A stretch of DNA of 24,103 nucleotides from Bacteroides sp. GTDB taxonomy: Bacteria > Bacteroidota > Bacteroidia > Bacteroidales > GCA-2748055. The translations under genes and the position numbers were made by a program. The stretch covers positions 1-24,103 of the forward strand of contig DSDZ01000059.1 in NCBI GenBank assembly GCA_011048475.1, in the 5' to 3' direction. Positions within the stretch are counted from its first letter, which is position 1, and each line of letters starts with the position of its first letter. Below the pieces are notes generated by a model. That model worked only from the letters and a program-made list of their open reading frames with translations. It did no database searches and was not told the DNA's origin. Shown one piece after another: positions 6,869 through 15,849 of this stretch.

Positions 6869-9472
6869 GTGCGAACAACCATTCTTATTGCAATCCTTGC
6901 CTGCTTTCTGCAGCCCCTGTATTCCCAAGGCATCCGCGGGGAAATCAGGGACCAGCAGGGTGAGCCTGTTCCCTACGCGGCCATCTACATCAGGGAACTG
7001 ACCCGGGGCACCACCTGTAACGCCCTGGGATCATTCAGCCTGCCGCTACCCCCCGGCCGGTACACGATCTATTTCAGAAGCCTGGGATATACCGAGGTGG
7101 CCCGCACGGTCACCCTGGAAGAAGAATACCTGGATCTTCAGATTCAGCTGCCCCCCAGAACCTATATGATCCCGGAGGTCAGGATCAGTGCCAGCGGGGA
7201 GGATCCGGCCTACTGGATCATGAGAAAGGCCATCGGGCTGGCCAGTTACCACCTGAATGAAGTGGCGGGATACCAGGCGGAGATCTATATCAAGGGAACC
7301 GCATATTTCGAGAGCTTCCCCAGGGCCATCGCGCGAAGGATCGAGGTGGGTGATATCAGGGTAAAGGAAGACCAGGTCTATCTACTGGAATCAATGAACC
7401 AGGTGACCTATAACGCTCCGGACAAATATGAAATGAAGGTGCTCGCCTCCCAGAATACCATTCCCGGATACAGCCAGAATGTGAATCCAATGGATTACAT
7501 CAATGCGAGCCTCTACCAGGAAAGGATCCAGACCTTCGTCTCCCCGCTTGCCCGGAATGCATTCTTCTACTATCAATTTCATTTCGAAGGAACCTTTGTG
7601 GAGGGGTCCCATGTGGTCAACAAGATCAGGGTTACCCCGAAACGAAGCAGCCAGCAGTTGTGCGAGGGATACCTATACATCGTGGAGGATCTCTGGTGCC
7701 TCCACTCCTCCGACCTGCAGATAAAAACCATCGCGGGCACCCTGTTCCTGCAGCAGCTCTATGCCAATGTGATCATGGATGCCTGGCTTCCCGTGAACCA
7801 TAAGATCAGGGCCGATGTGGAGATTGCAGGTGTGAAAGGGGAAATCACCTATGTCTCTTCGCTGGAGTATTCCGATGTGTCCCTCAATCCAAACCTGCCC
7901 GAGGTCTACTTTACACCGACGGAAGATCCGGGGGAGGAGGCCGGGAAGGAAGAGCAGCCTTCAGAGGAACAGAAAAAAATCATGGAGCTTCTGGAGAAAG
8001 AGGATCTGACCGACCGGGATGTGGCCCGTCTGTCCAGGCTCATGGAGAAGGAAGCGGAACAATCAGACACCGGGGAGGGACAGGACCTGCACCAGACGGG
8101 AACCACATTCACCGTGGCGGAAAATGCCGTCAAAAACGATTCCCTCTTCTGGAACCGGGTGCGTCCCATCCCCCTGACCCCGAAGGAACAGATGCAGATG
8201 AGGGAGCGGGACTCAATCATCGGGATCACCCGGAAAGCGGCAGCGTCGGACAGCATGGGTTTCGTCCCCCGGAGGGCCCGTCCGCTCAGGGGACTGGTCC
8301 TGGGCAGGACATACAGGGCTGATTTCGGGCGGTTCCGGTTTACCCACGGGGGACTGGCCGATCCGGAGATGCTGGGGTACAATACGGTGGACGGGATCCA
8401 CTACGGGCAGGATTTCAGGCTCTACTGGAAACCCGACAGCCTCCATACGGTCAGGTCGCGCCTGGCGGCGGGATACGCATTCCACCGCCGCGCCCCGATG
8501 GTCACCTGGAACTCCGATCTGCTCTACGCTCCCATGAGAAGAGGTAAAATTGCCCTCTACCTGAACTACACTTCGTCAGACTTTCACGCCGCATCGGGGA
8601 TCCCGGCGCGTACGAACCTGGTCTATACGCTGTTCCTGAGGGAGAATCATCTGAAGAAGTACGAGCAGATCGACGCCACCCTGTACAACCGCATTGATCT
8701 TGTGAACGGACTGGTACTTACCGCCGAAGTCGCCGGAGGGATCCAGGAGCCGCTGACGAACCACAGCGACTTCTCCATCCTGTTTACCCGAAAAAAGGAG
8801 TTCTCGGAGAATTTACCGGCCGGAATCCAGGCGGGCGATCCGGCCCTGGAGCGAAGGAAGAAAATGACCACCGCGGTCCGGCTCGACTTTACACCCAGGC
8901 ATTATTTCGTGGTGAGAAATGCTCGGAAGGCGATGGAGGATTCCCGGTGGCCCACCTTCTCGCTCCTTTACAAAACGGGGATCCCAATGCAGGAAAACGG
9001 ATGGTCCCGTTTCAGCATGCTGGAATTCGGGGTGGAGCATACCGCCGGGGTGGGACTGCTCTCCGAACTGGACTGGCAAGTGAATACGGGCTATTCCCCT
9101 GCCGGCGGGTCCCTGCATTTTTCGGATTTCAGGCATTTCAAATCATACCCGCTGGCAGTCGACATGGCCGGTTTTGACGGGGGACTGATGCTGATGGACT
9201 ATTATGAAGCAAGTACGGATGAGTGGTGGGTGAATGCAGATGTGACCCTCACCTCCTCTTACCTGCTTCTGAAATTCCTTCCCTGGTTCAGTGAAAGATT
9301 GTGGAAGGAATCCATCGGGATCGGCTATCTCCTTACCCCTGCCATCCCTCATTACCTGCAAATCGGATACAGTCTTGAGGAGATCTTCTTCCTGGCGGAC
9401 CTGGGGATCTATGCCGCATTCCAGGATTTCTCATGGAAGGGATTCGGCGTCAGGGTCAACTTCCGTTTCTGA
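6869..9472 (+). CDS. DUF5686 and carboxypeptidase-regulatory-like domain protein; probable outer-membrane protein
   Basis: GTG start, 867 aa, signal peptide. N-terminal IRGEIRDQQGEPVPYAAIYI..GTTCNALGSFSL..LGY (CarboxypepD_reg-like), then EIYIKG and WNRVRPIPLT as in DUF5686 proteins. Ends in amphipathic VRVNFRF with terminal Phe. Confidence 0.75.
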   Translation: MRTTILIAILACFLQPLYSQGIRGEIRDQQGEPVPYAAIYIRELTRGTTCNALGSFSLPLPPGRYTIYFRSLGYTEVARTVTLEEEYLDLQIQLPPRTYMIPEVRISASGEDPAYWIMRKAIGLASYHLNEVAGYQAEIYIKGTAYFESFPRAIARRIEVGDIRVKEDQVYLLESMNQVTYNAPDKYEMKVLASQNTIPGYSQNVNPMDYINASLYQERIQTFVSPLARNAFFYYQFHFEGTFVEGSHVVNKIRVTPKRSSQQLCEGYLYIVEDLWCLHSSDLQIKTIAGTLFLQQLYANVIMDAWLPVNHKIRADVEIAGVKGEITYVSSLEYSDVSLNPNLPEVYFTPTEDPGEEAGKEEQPSEEQKKIMELLEKEDLTDRDVARLSRLMEKEAEQSDTGEGQDLHQTGTTFTVAENAVKNDSLFWNRVRPIPLTPKEQMQMRERDSIIGITRKAAASDSMGFVPRRARPLRGLVLGRTYRADFGRFRFTHGGLADPEMLGYNTVDGIHYGQDFRLYWKPDSLHTVRSRLAAGYAFHRRAPMVTWNSDLLYAPMRRGKIALYLNYTSSDFHAASGIPARTNLVYTLFLRENHLKKYEQIDATLYNRIDLVNGLVLTAEVAGGIQEPLTNHSDFSILFTRKKEFSENLPAGIQAGDPALERRKKMTTAVRLDFTPRHYFVVRNARKAMEDSRWPTFSLLYKTGIPMQENGWSRFSMLEFGVEHTAGVGLLSELDWQVNTGYSPAGGSLHFSDFRHFKSYPLAVDMAGFDGGLMLMDYYEASTDEWWVNADVTLTSSYLLLKFLPWFSERLWKESIGIGYLLTPAIPHYLQIGYSLEEIFFLADLGIYAAFQDFSWKGFGVRVNFRF

Positions 9473-9474
9473 AC

Positions 9475-10809
9475 ATGACAGGCACTACCTGCATACGCAT
9501 CCTGCTCTGCCTGATGTACCTGGTGTTTTCCCCGGTGTCGCCGGGATGCAACCTCGCTGCACAGGAAAATGAAACAGACGGCTGGATCGAGGATATCGAT
9601 CTGCTCGGCAGGGCGCTTGAGGAAAAACACCCGGACCTGTACCTCCGGATGGATCAGTCTTCATTCCGCCAGGAACTTGCCGCCGTGGCGGCACGCGCCG
9701 GGGAGCAGTCCCTCTTCGGCCTGGCTGTAGGGCTCCAGCAGGCGGTTGCGGGGCTGGGAGATGCCCACACAGCAGTCAACTACCATTTTCTCATCAACAA
9801 GGAAAATATTCTTCCGCTGGAGTGTTTCTGGTTCGAGGAGGGGATCACCGTCATGGAAACCACCCGGCCCTGCTCCCGGATTCTCGGAAAAAAACTGGTC
9901 TCCGTCAACGGTTTTCCCGTTGAACAGGTGATCGATTCCCTCTCCACCCTTCTGGCTTCTCAAAATCCATCCCTCATCAAAGCTGAAACAGTCAGAATGA
10001 TCCCCTGGGCACAGCTCCTGCAGCACTTTGGCTTTGCCGGAGAAGAAGGAGTGACCATGGGATTCGGGGATACGGACGGGCAGGTAGAGCGGGTCCACTT
10101 TCGGCTGCCTGTATCGGAAGACCATTCCGTTGGGGTTGAACCGGATTCCGTTCCCGAGGGCTGGAAAGAGAGAAAAGCGTATTTCAGGGACCGCTATTAT
10201 CCGGGTGAAAAACTTTACTACATTCAGTACAACCATTGCTGGAGCAGGGAGGTGGAAGAGAAACACGGTTCCGGAGCCGGTGCACTTTTCATGCCGTCGT
10301 TCCGGGAATTTGAAAAGCGTGTGTTCCGCCATCTCCGCAGGGAGGAGATCGACAGGCTGGTAATTGACCTGCGGTTCAACGGGGGCGGCGAGGGATCCCA
10401 GGGCAGCGCGTTCATCGAAAAACTGAGCCGGTCGAAAATCAACGGGAAAGGAAAGATCTGCCTCATCCAGGGCCGGAATACCGCTTCGACGGCAATGATC
10501 CACCTGGACGAACTGCGCCGGAAGACCGATGCGGTGACCGTGGGGGAGCCCACCGGCGGACGTCCGAATCATTTCGGGGAGGTCCGCAGGTTCGTGCTGC
10601 CTGAAACAGGACTGGTGGTCAATTATCCCACCCGGTATCACCGGCTGGTTGCGGGGGATCCGCCCACCATCCTGCCTGACGTGGAGGTGCCCCTTTATTA
10701 CAGGGATTATATGAGCGGGATCGATGCCTTTCTGCAGGCAGCCAGGAAACCTGGCACCTATTCCTCCAGGGTCAGACCGCGCATGATCAGGTACTGGGCA
10801 GGGATGTAG
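9475..10809 (+). CDS. Secreted S41-family peptidase-like protein
   Basis: Start reassigned to ATG 9475 (444 aa), 2 nt after the upstream stop. Hydrophobic N-terminus; GDAHT, IDLRFNGGG, RNTASTA (S41 nucleophile motif, cf. TASSAE) and GEPTGG. Confidence 0.72.
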   Translation: MTGTTCIRILLCLMYLVFSPVSPGCNLAAQENETDGWIEDIDLLGRALEEKHPDLYLRMDQSSFRQELAAVAARAGEQSLFGLAVGLQQAVAGLGDAHTAVNYHFLINKENILPLECFWFEEGITVMETTRPCSRILGKKLVSVNGFPVEQVIDSLSTLLASQNPSLIKAETVRMIPWAQLLQHFGFAGEEGVTMGFGDTDGQVERVHFRLPVSEDHSVGVEPDSVPEGWKERKAYFRDRYYPGEKLYYIQYNHCWSREVEEKHGSGAGALFMPSFREFEKRVFRHLRREEIDRLVIDLRFNGGGEGSQGSAFIEKLSRSKINGKGKICLIQGRNTASTAMIHLDELRRKTDAVTVGEPTGGRPNHFGEVRRFVLPETGLVVNYPTRYHRLVAGDPPTILPDVEVPLYYRDYMSGIDAFLQAARKPGTYSSRVRPRMIRYWAGM

Positions 10810-11435
10810 GTGAGCATCACCCAGAAACCGCCCAGGGGGATCCCGCCATGGAACCGGTCCACCGCGATCAGACTGTCAGATATGACAAACAGCAGGGAAC
10901 CAATGAACACGAGCAGATAGCTTGTACGGTTCACCCTCCCCTTCCGGTTCAGCGCCATCATGGACATTCCGATCAGGGAGAGGGCATAGAGGAGAATGAT
11001 GGGCCGCATGATCCCTTCCAGGCCGGGCAACAGCAGAATGTAAATGCCTGCCACATAGGCTATAAACAGCAATCCCACGAAGGGGTGCTGCTGAAGATAT
11101 CCCCTTTCCCCCGTTTCACTGAAACGGAAAAAAACATAGATATAACACAACTGGGCAAGGAAGAAGCCGCCCACTCCGGCATAAAAGAACAGCTCGTTCC
11201 TTTCTGAGAACATCAGGAAAATATCACCCGCCCATGAAAAAAAGAAAGCCAGCAGAGCGGGGACGGTCAGGGACTTCTTTTTTCTGAACAGAAGAAAGAA
11301 GGCAGCCATCCATGGCATGATCAGGGGTTTTACCGGATATTCCAGATATATCACATCCGTTATTCTTCCCGCCAGCTCGACGATCACGATGATCAGCAGC
11401 AGCAGGTGGAGCAGCAAGGAGGCTTTATTTTTCAT
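10758..11435 (-). CDS. YhhN/TMEM86-family membrane protein (lysoplasmalogenase-like)
   Basis: Start reassigned to ATG 11435 (225 aa). About 7-8 hydrophobic segments; KPLIMP, SWAGDIFL, FFLAQLCYI, LFVISDSLIA, TYIPAQYLI. Confidence 0.85.
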   Translation of the reverse strand: MKNKASLLLHLLLLIIVIVELAGRITDVIYLEYPVKPLIMPWMAAFFLLFRKKKSLTVPALLAFFFSWAGDIFLMFSERNELFFYAGVGGFFLAQLCYIYVFFRFSETGERGYLQQHPFVGLLFIAYVAGIYILLLPGLEGIMRPIILLYALSLIGMSMMALNRKGRVNRTSYLLVFIGSLLFVISDSLIAVDRFHGGIPLGGFWVMLTYIPAQYLIMRGLTLEE

Positions 11436-11491
11436 GACAGGGAGGGGTATGGACAGGTAAATATATGAAATCGGTTTCTTTTTTCCCGTTT

Positions 11492-11511
11492 TTGTGCAAT
11501 CGATTGTACAA
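11492..11511. promoter_or_regulatory. Putative LacI-type operator upstream of lacI-2/kduI operon
   Basis: TTGTGCAATCGATTGTACAA: 18/20 symmetric and CG-centred. The core GTGCAATCGATTGT recurs exactly at 18021-18034. Confidence 0.75.
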
Positions 11512-11518
11512 GATTTCA

Positions 11519-11526
11519 TATCTTTG
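11519..11526 (+). promoter_or_regulatory. Bacteroidota -7 promoter element for lacI-2-kduI-kdgF-kduD-DUF4861
   Basis: TATCTTTG is a perfect TAnnTTTG, 9 nt before ATG 11536. Confidence 0.65.
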
Positions 11527-11535
11527 CCTGCAGAG

Positions 11536-12561
11536 ATGAAGAAGCAGCATGTGACCATCCATGACATCGCCCGGGAGCTGAACATTTCAGCTTCCACCGT
11601 CTCCCGAGCGCTTCACAATCATCCGAGGATCAGCAGGGCCACACGTGAGGCCGTGCAGCAGCTGGCACTGAAATACAATTACCAGCCCAATGTGATGGCC
11701 TCCTCACTCAGGAAGGGCAGGAGCAAAACGGTCGGGGTGATCGTCCCCAGGATCAACCGGAATTTTTTTGCCAACGTGATCGGCGGAATGGAAGAGGTAC
11801 TCACCTCTGCCGGCTACCATATGATCATCTGCCAGACCCTGGAGAAAGTCAACCACGAAATGTTCGCACTGAGGACCCTGGTCAATGCCCGCGTGGATGC
11901 AATCATCATGTCCATTTCCATGGAAACGAAGGACCACGAACACCTCAGGATCCTGGTGGATAAAGGGATCCGCATGTTTTTTTTCGACCGGATCTGCGAG
12001 GAGATCCGGGCGGGATCGGTGGCCATCGACGACCGGCTGGGGGCCTACCAGAGCGTCAGGCACCTGCTTGACCAGGGTTACCGGAACATCGTGCACGTGG
12101 CGGGAGCAGGCCACATCAACATATACAGGGCCAGGAAGCAAGGGTATCTGGAAGCCTTGAGGGAAGCAGGGATCCCTGACAGGGATTCCTGGATCATTGA
12201 GGAGTCACTCATTCCCGAAGGGGGGAAGGCCGCCTTCGAGATAGGCATGAAACTTGCTCCCAGGCCGGATGCCTATTTCTGCGCGGGAGATTATGCCGCA
12301 CTGGGGATCCTGCAGGCAGCCCGGAACCGGGGATTGAAAGTGCCGGATGACCTGGGCATCACCGGATTTGCCAACGAACCCTTCACCGAATTCACTGAAC
12401 CGTCGATGACCACCGTGGATCAGCGTGCAGGCGAGATGGGTGTAATGGTGGCAGACATGTTCCTGAAGGATGTGGACCAATCAGATGGCGCGAACCCCGT
12501 GGAGCGGATCATGCTGAAGCCGGAGCTGATTATCCGGAATAGTTCAATGTTAAACAAATAA
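11536..12561 (+). CDS. LacI-family transcriptional regulator (lacI-2; KdgR-like for the unsaturated-uronate branch)
   Basis: Start reassigned to ATG 11536 (341 aa). VTIHDIARELNISASTVSRAL, YQPNVMASSLR, sensor domain with PDDLGITGFAN; heads the kduI-kdgF-kduD operon. Confidence 0.92.
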   Translation: MKKQHVTIHDIARELNISASTVSRALHNHPRISRATREAVQQLALKYNYQPNVMASSLRKGRSKTVGVIVPRINRNFFANVIGGMEEVLTSAGYHMIICQTLEKVNHEMFALRTLVNARVDAIIMSISMETKDHEHLRILVDKGIRMFFFDRICEEIRAGSVAIDDRLGAYQSVRHLLDQGYRNIVHVAGAGHINIYRARKQGYLEALREAGIPDRDSWIIEESLIPEGGKAAFEIGMKLAPRPDAYFCAGDYAALGILQAARNRGLKVPDDLGITGFANEPFTEFTEPSMTTVDQRAGEMGVMVADMFLKDVDQSDGANPVERIMLKPELIIRNSSMLNK

Positions 12562-12573
12562 AAACTGTTGATT

Positions 12574-13416
12574 ATGGCAATTCATTATGAAGTAAGACTT
12601 TCGCATCATCCCGAGGATACAAAGCAGTACGGGACGGAAAAGATCCGGAAGGAGTTCCTTGTGGAGAAACTGATGGTCGGCGGTGAGATCAACCTGGTCT
12701 ATTCGCTGTACGACCGGTTTATCGTCGGCGGAGCGGTTCCGGGAAAGGAGAAGCTTGAGCTGACCACCATCGATCCGCTGAAATCTGAGCATTTCTGTGA
12801 TCGCCGGGAACTGGGGATCATCAATGTGGGAGGGGATGCCGCAATCCGCGTGGACGGGGAAACCTATTCCCTCGGATACAAAGATGCCCTCTACGTGGGG
12901 GCCGGCTCAAAAAAGATTGCATTCACGAGCAGGGACGAGAGCAGACCCGCACACCTGTACCTCAACTCGGCACCCGCCCATCATGCCTATCCCACAAGGC
13001 GGATTACCCTGGCTGACGCCGAGGTGGTTGAACTGGGTGCCCCGGAACAGTCCAATGCACGCAGGCTGAACAAATTGCTTGTGAACAGCGTGGTGGATAC
13101 CTGCCAGCTGCAGATGGGGATGACCGAACTGAAAACGGGCAGTGTCTGGAACACGATGCCTCCCCATACGCACACCCGGCGGATGGAGGCCTATTTCTAT
13201 TTTGAGGTGCCGGAGGACCAGGCCATCTGTCACCTGATGGGAGAACCCGACGAAACCAGGCTCATCTGGCTCAAAAATGAACAGGCGGTCATCTCCCCGC
13301 CCTGGTCCATTCATGCAGCCGCGGGAACCAGCAACTACATCTTCATCTGGGGAATGGCCGGTGAGAACCTGGATTACGGCGATATGGACGTGGTCAAGCC
13401 CTATGAACTCAGGTAA
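12574..13416 (+). CDS. kduI: 5-dehydro-4-deoxy-D-glucuronate isomerase
   Basis: 280 aa from ATG 12574. DRFIVGG, RRELGIINVGG, CQLQMGMT, WNTMPPHTHTRRMEAYFYF, QAVISPPWSIH. Confidence 0.96.
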   Translation: MAIHYEVRLSHHPEDTKQYGTEKIRKEFLVEKLMVGGEINLVYSLYDRFIVGGAVPGKEKLELTTIDPLKSEHFCDRRELGIINVGGDAAIRVDGETYSLGYKDALYVGAGSKKIAFTSRDESRPAHLYLNSAPAHHAYPTRRITLADAEVVELGAPEQSNARRLNKLLVNSVVDTCQLQMGMTELKTGSVWNTMPPHTHTRRMEAYFYFEVPEDQAICHLMGEPDETRLIWLKNEQAVISPPWSIHAAAGTSNYIFIWGMAGENLDYGDMDVVKPYELR

Positions 13417-13429
13417 TACAAGCATACCC

Positions 13430-13786
13430 ATGGACAGTCATGTTTTAGCCGGCTCTGACCCGGGCTGGCAGGAGATTGCGCCAGGCGCCAGGAGGAAACT
13501 GATCCATACCGACCACCTGATGATGGTCATCGTGGAGTTCACCGGCGGACCGGCAGAGGTACCGGACCCGTTCCACGACCATCCCCACGAACAGGTTTCC
13601 TTCGTGGCCGAGGGCAGGCTCAGGCTCTTGATGAAAGGATACGAAGAGCGGGAACTGCAGGAGGGGGACATGTTCGCTGTCCCCTCCGGGATCCCCCATG
13701 CCATCCAGACCCTGTCGCCCGTGGTGAGGCTCGTGGATTGCTTTACACCGCTGCGGCAGGATTTTTTAGAAACCAACAGAAAATAA
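13430..13786 (+). CDS. kdgF: Cupin protein, KdgF-like (ring opening of unsaturated monouronates)
   Basis: 118 aa from ATG 13430. Cupin metal motif HDHPHEQ...PSGIPH, C-terminal DCFTPLRQDFL, between kduI and kduD. Confidence 0.8.
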   Translation: MDSHVLAGSDPGWQEIAPGARRKLIHTDHLMMVIVEFTGGPAEVPDPFHDHPHEQVSFVAEGRLRLLMKGYEERELQEGDMFAVPSGIPHAIQTLSPVVRLVDCFTPLRQDFLETNRK

Positions 13787-13793
13787 AGCAGAC

Positions 13794-14582
13794 ATGTCAG
13801 TAAAACGATTCGATCTAACAGGAAAACGGGCGCTGGTAACCGGCGGAACCCATGGCCTTGGTATGGCCATCGCCACCGGGCTTGCCGAAGCAGGCGCCAC
13901 CATCATTGTCAACGACAGGTTTCCCGAAAAGCTTGAAACCGCCAGAAAGGAATATGGTGAAAAGGGCATCACGGTCCATACCTATGTCCTGGATGTCACC
14001 GATGAGGATGCCGTGACCCATGCAATCCCCCGCATCGAAAAGGAAGCGGGTCCCATTGACATCCTGGTGAACAATGCCGGGATCATCAAGCGGGTCCCCA
14101 TCCTTGAAATGAAAGCCGACGAGTTCCGGGAAGTCCTCGATGTGGACCTTACGGGACCATTCATCATGTCAAAGGCGGTGGCCGCCGGGATGATCAAACG
14201 CGGCCACGGGAAGATCATCAACATGTGTTCCATGATGAGCGAACTGGGAAGGGACACGGTTTCCGCCTATGCCTCTGCAAAAGGAGGACTGAAGATGCTC
14301 ACCCGGAGCATGGCCACCGAATGGGCCAAACACAACATCCAGATCAACGGCATCGGTCCCGGTTACTTTGCCACGGCGCAGACGGCACCCATCCGTGTGG
14401 ACGGGCATCCTTTCAATGACTTTATCATCAACCGGACCCCGGCGGGCCGGTGGGGCAACCCGGAAGATCTGGCCGGCACGGCCATCTTCCTCGCTTCCTC
14501 CGCCTCCGATTTCGTGAACGGGGTCGTGGTCTATGTGGATGGCGGCATCCTTGCCACCATCGGAAAACCCATGAATGAATAA
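13794..14582 (+). CDS. kduD: 2-dehydro-3-deoxy-D-gluconate 5-dehydrogenase / gluconate 5-dehydrogenase-type SDR
   Basis: 262 aa. TGGTHGLG, NNAGIIKR, SMMSELGR, YASAK, NGIGPGYFAT, RTPAGRWG. Sequence is of the type often labelled gluconate 5-dehydrogenase; the KduD role is inferred from linkage to kduI. Confidence 0.8.
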   Translation: MSVKRFDLTGKRALVTGGTHGLGMAIATGLAEAGATIIVNDRFPEKLETARKEYGEKGITVHTYVLDVTDEDAVTHAIPRIEKEAGPIDILVNNAGIIKRVPILEMKADEFREVLDVDLTGPFIMSKAVAAGMIKRGHGKIINMCSMMSELGRDTVSAYASAKGGLKMLTRSMATEWAKHNIQINGIGPGYFATAQTAPIRVDGHPFNDFIINRTPAGRWGNPEDLAGTAIFLASSASDFVNGVVVYVDGGILATIGKPMNE

Positions 14583-14592
14583 AACGACGCAT

Positions 14593-15846
14593 ATGAAAAC
14601 GACAGCACTGATCATCACAGGAGCAGCCCTGGCGCTGACAGCCTGCATGCAGGAACCCGAGCTGAAGCTCGTGGTGGAAAATCCGCTGGATGCGGCACGG
14701 GATGACGCCCGGATCCTCATTACCAGGAGTGAATTATCCGGACACCTCTCTGCCATTCCTGCACATTCCCTTCCGTTGCTCACCGACCAGCAGGGGACCC
14801 CTGTCCCCTGCCAGGCGGACGATGTGGATGGGGACGGGAGCTGGGACGAACTCTTTGCTCTGACGGACCTGGGGCCGGGTGAAACGAAAACCCTTACCCT
14901 GACCTTCAAAGGTCCCGATGAGTACCCTGCATTTGCAATCCGGACGAACATCAGGCTGGGTGCCAACCAGTCAGGGTATCCCGAGCTGGAAAGCGCTGAA
15001 CGGCTGGAAGGAGTCAGCTATGACAACCACGCCCTTACCGAAGAGGCGTACCAGATGGAAGGCCCCGCCTGGGAGAACGACCTCGTGGGATTCAGGAACT
15101 ACCTGGACCAGCGGAACGGGATGGACATCTTCGGAAAGCGCACTTCTGAAATGGTCCTCGACAGTGTGGGGATCGCAGGCAGGCAGAGTTATCACGAACC
15201 GGACTGGTGGGGAATGGACATCCTCAAGGTAAACACCAGCCTGGGAGCAGGATCCATCGCCTGTATGGTTGAGGACTCCCTGTACCGGGTGGGCGACAAC
15301 GGTTCGGGCATGTACCGGCTGGTGTTCGAGGGTCCTGTGCGAAGCAGGATGAGCCTGGACTACACCGACTGGAAGGTAAACGGGCGCTCACTTGCAGTGG
15401 AGCACCAGATTGACATTGTGGCCGGCACACGCTGTTACGAAAGCATGGTCACCTTCCCGGGCACCCGGGAGCGTCCGGATCTGGTCACCGGCATCGTGAA
15501 CATGCACAGTGATCAACTTTTCGTGGAACCTCTGAATGACCGGTACACCATGTTGATGACCCATGATGTGCAGGCGGAGGACACCTCCCTGCTGGCCATG
15601 GCACTGGTCGTTCCTTCCCAGCTGCTGGTGGAGCACGGCGTCACCAGGGACGAGGGGGAAGGGATCACCCAGACCTACTATGCGAGGCTGGATGCCTCCG
15701 GGGACCATCCTATTCCCTACCGCTTCTATGCACTGTGGGAGAAAGAGGACCCCCGCTGGGCTTCACCCGATGAGGTCATCGCCTACCTGAAAAAAGAAGC
15801 CGAATGCTGGTCGCATCCGGCCTCTGTTCAGTTCCAGGAGGACTGA
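14593..15846 (+). CDS. DUF4861-family lipoprotein
   Basis: Lipoprotein signal MKTTALIITGAALALTAC (alternative start 14575 overlaps the kduD end). EGPAWENDLVGFRNY, GMDIFGK, WGMDILKV..SLGAG match my recollection of DUF4861; DVDGDGSWDE is a Dx[DN]xDG Ca-binding-type loop. Confidence 0.7.
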   Translation: MKTTALIITGAALALTACMQEPELKLVVENPLDAARDDARILITRSELSGHLSAIPAHSLPLLTDQQGTPVPCQADDVDGDGSWDELFALTDLGPGETKTLTLTFKGPDEYPAFAIRTNIRLGANQSGYPELESAERLEGVSYDNHALTEEAYQMEGPAWENDLVGFRNYLDQRNGMDIFGKRTSEMVLDSVGIAGRQSYHEPDWWGMDILKVNTSLGAGSIACMVEDSLYRVGDNGSGMYRLVFEGPVRSRMSLDYTDWKVNGRSLAVEHQIDIVAGTRCYESMVTFPGTRERPDLVTGIVNMHSDQLFVEPLNDRYTMLMTHDVQAEDTSLLAMALVVPSQLLVEHGVTRDEGEGITQTYYARLDASGDHPIPYRFYALWEKEDPRWASPDEVIAYLKKEAECWSHPASVQFQED

Positions 15847-15849
15847 GAA

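Noticed and set aside
13794-14582. Idea that the gluconate-5-dehydrogenase-like SDR consumes the gluconate made by the LarA-like epimerase
   Set aside because: It sits in the other operon directly after kduI-kdgF, where the KduD role explains it; sequence alone cannot support the cross-link.
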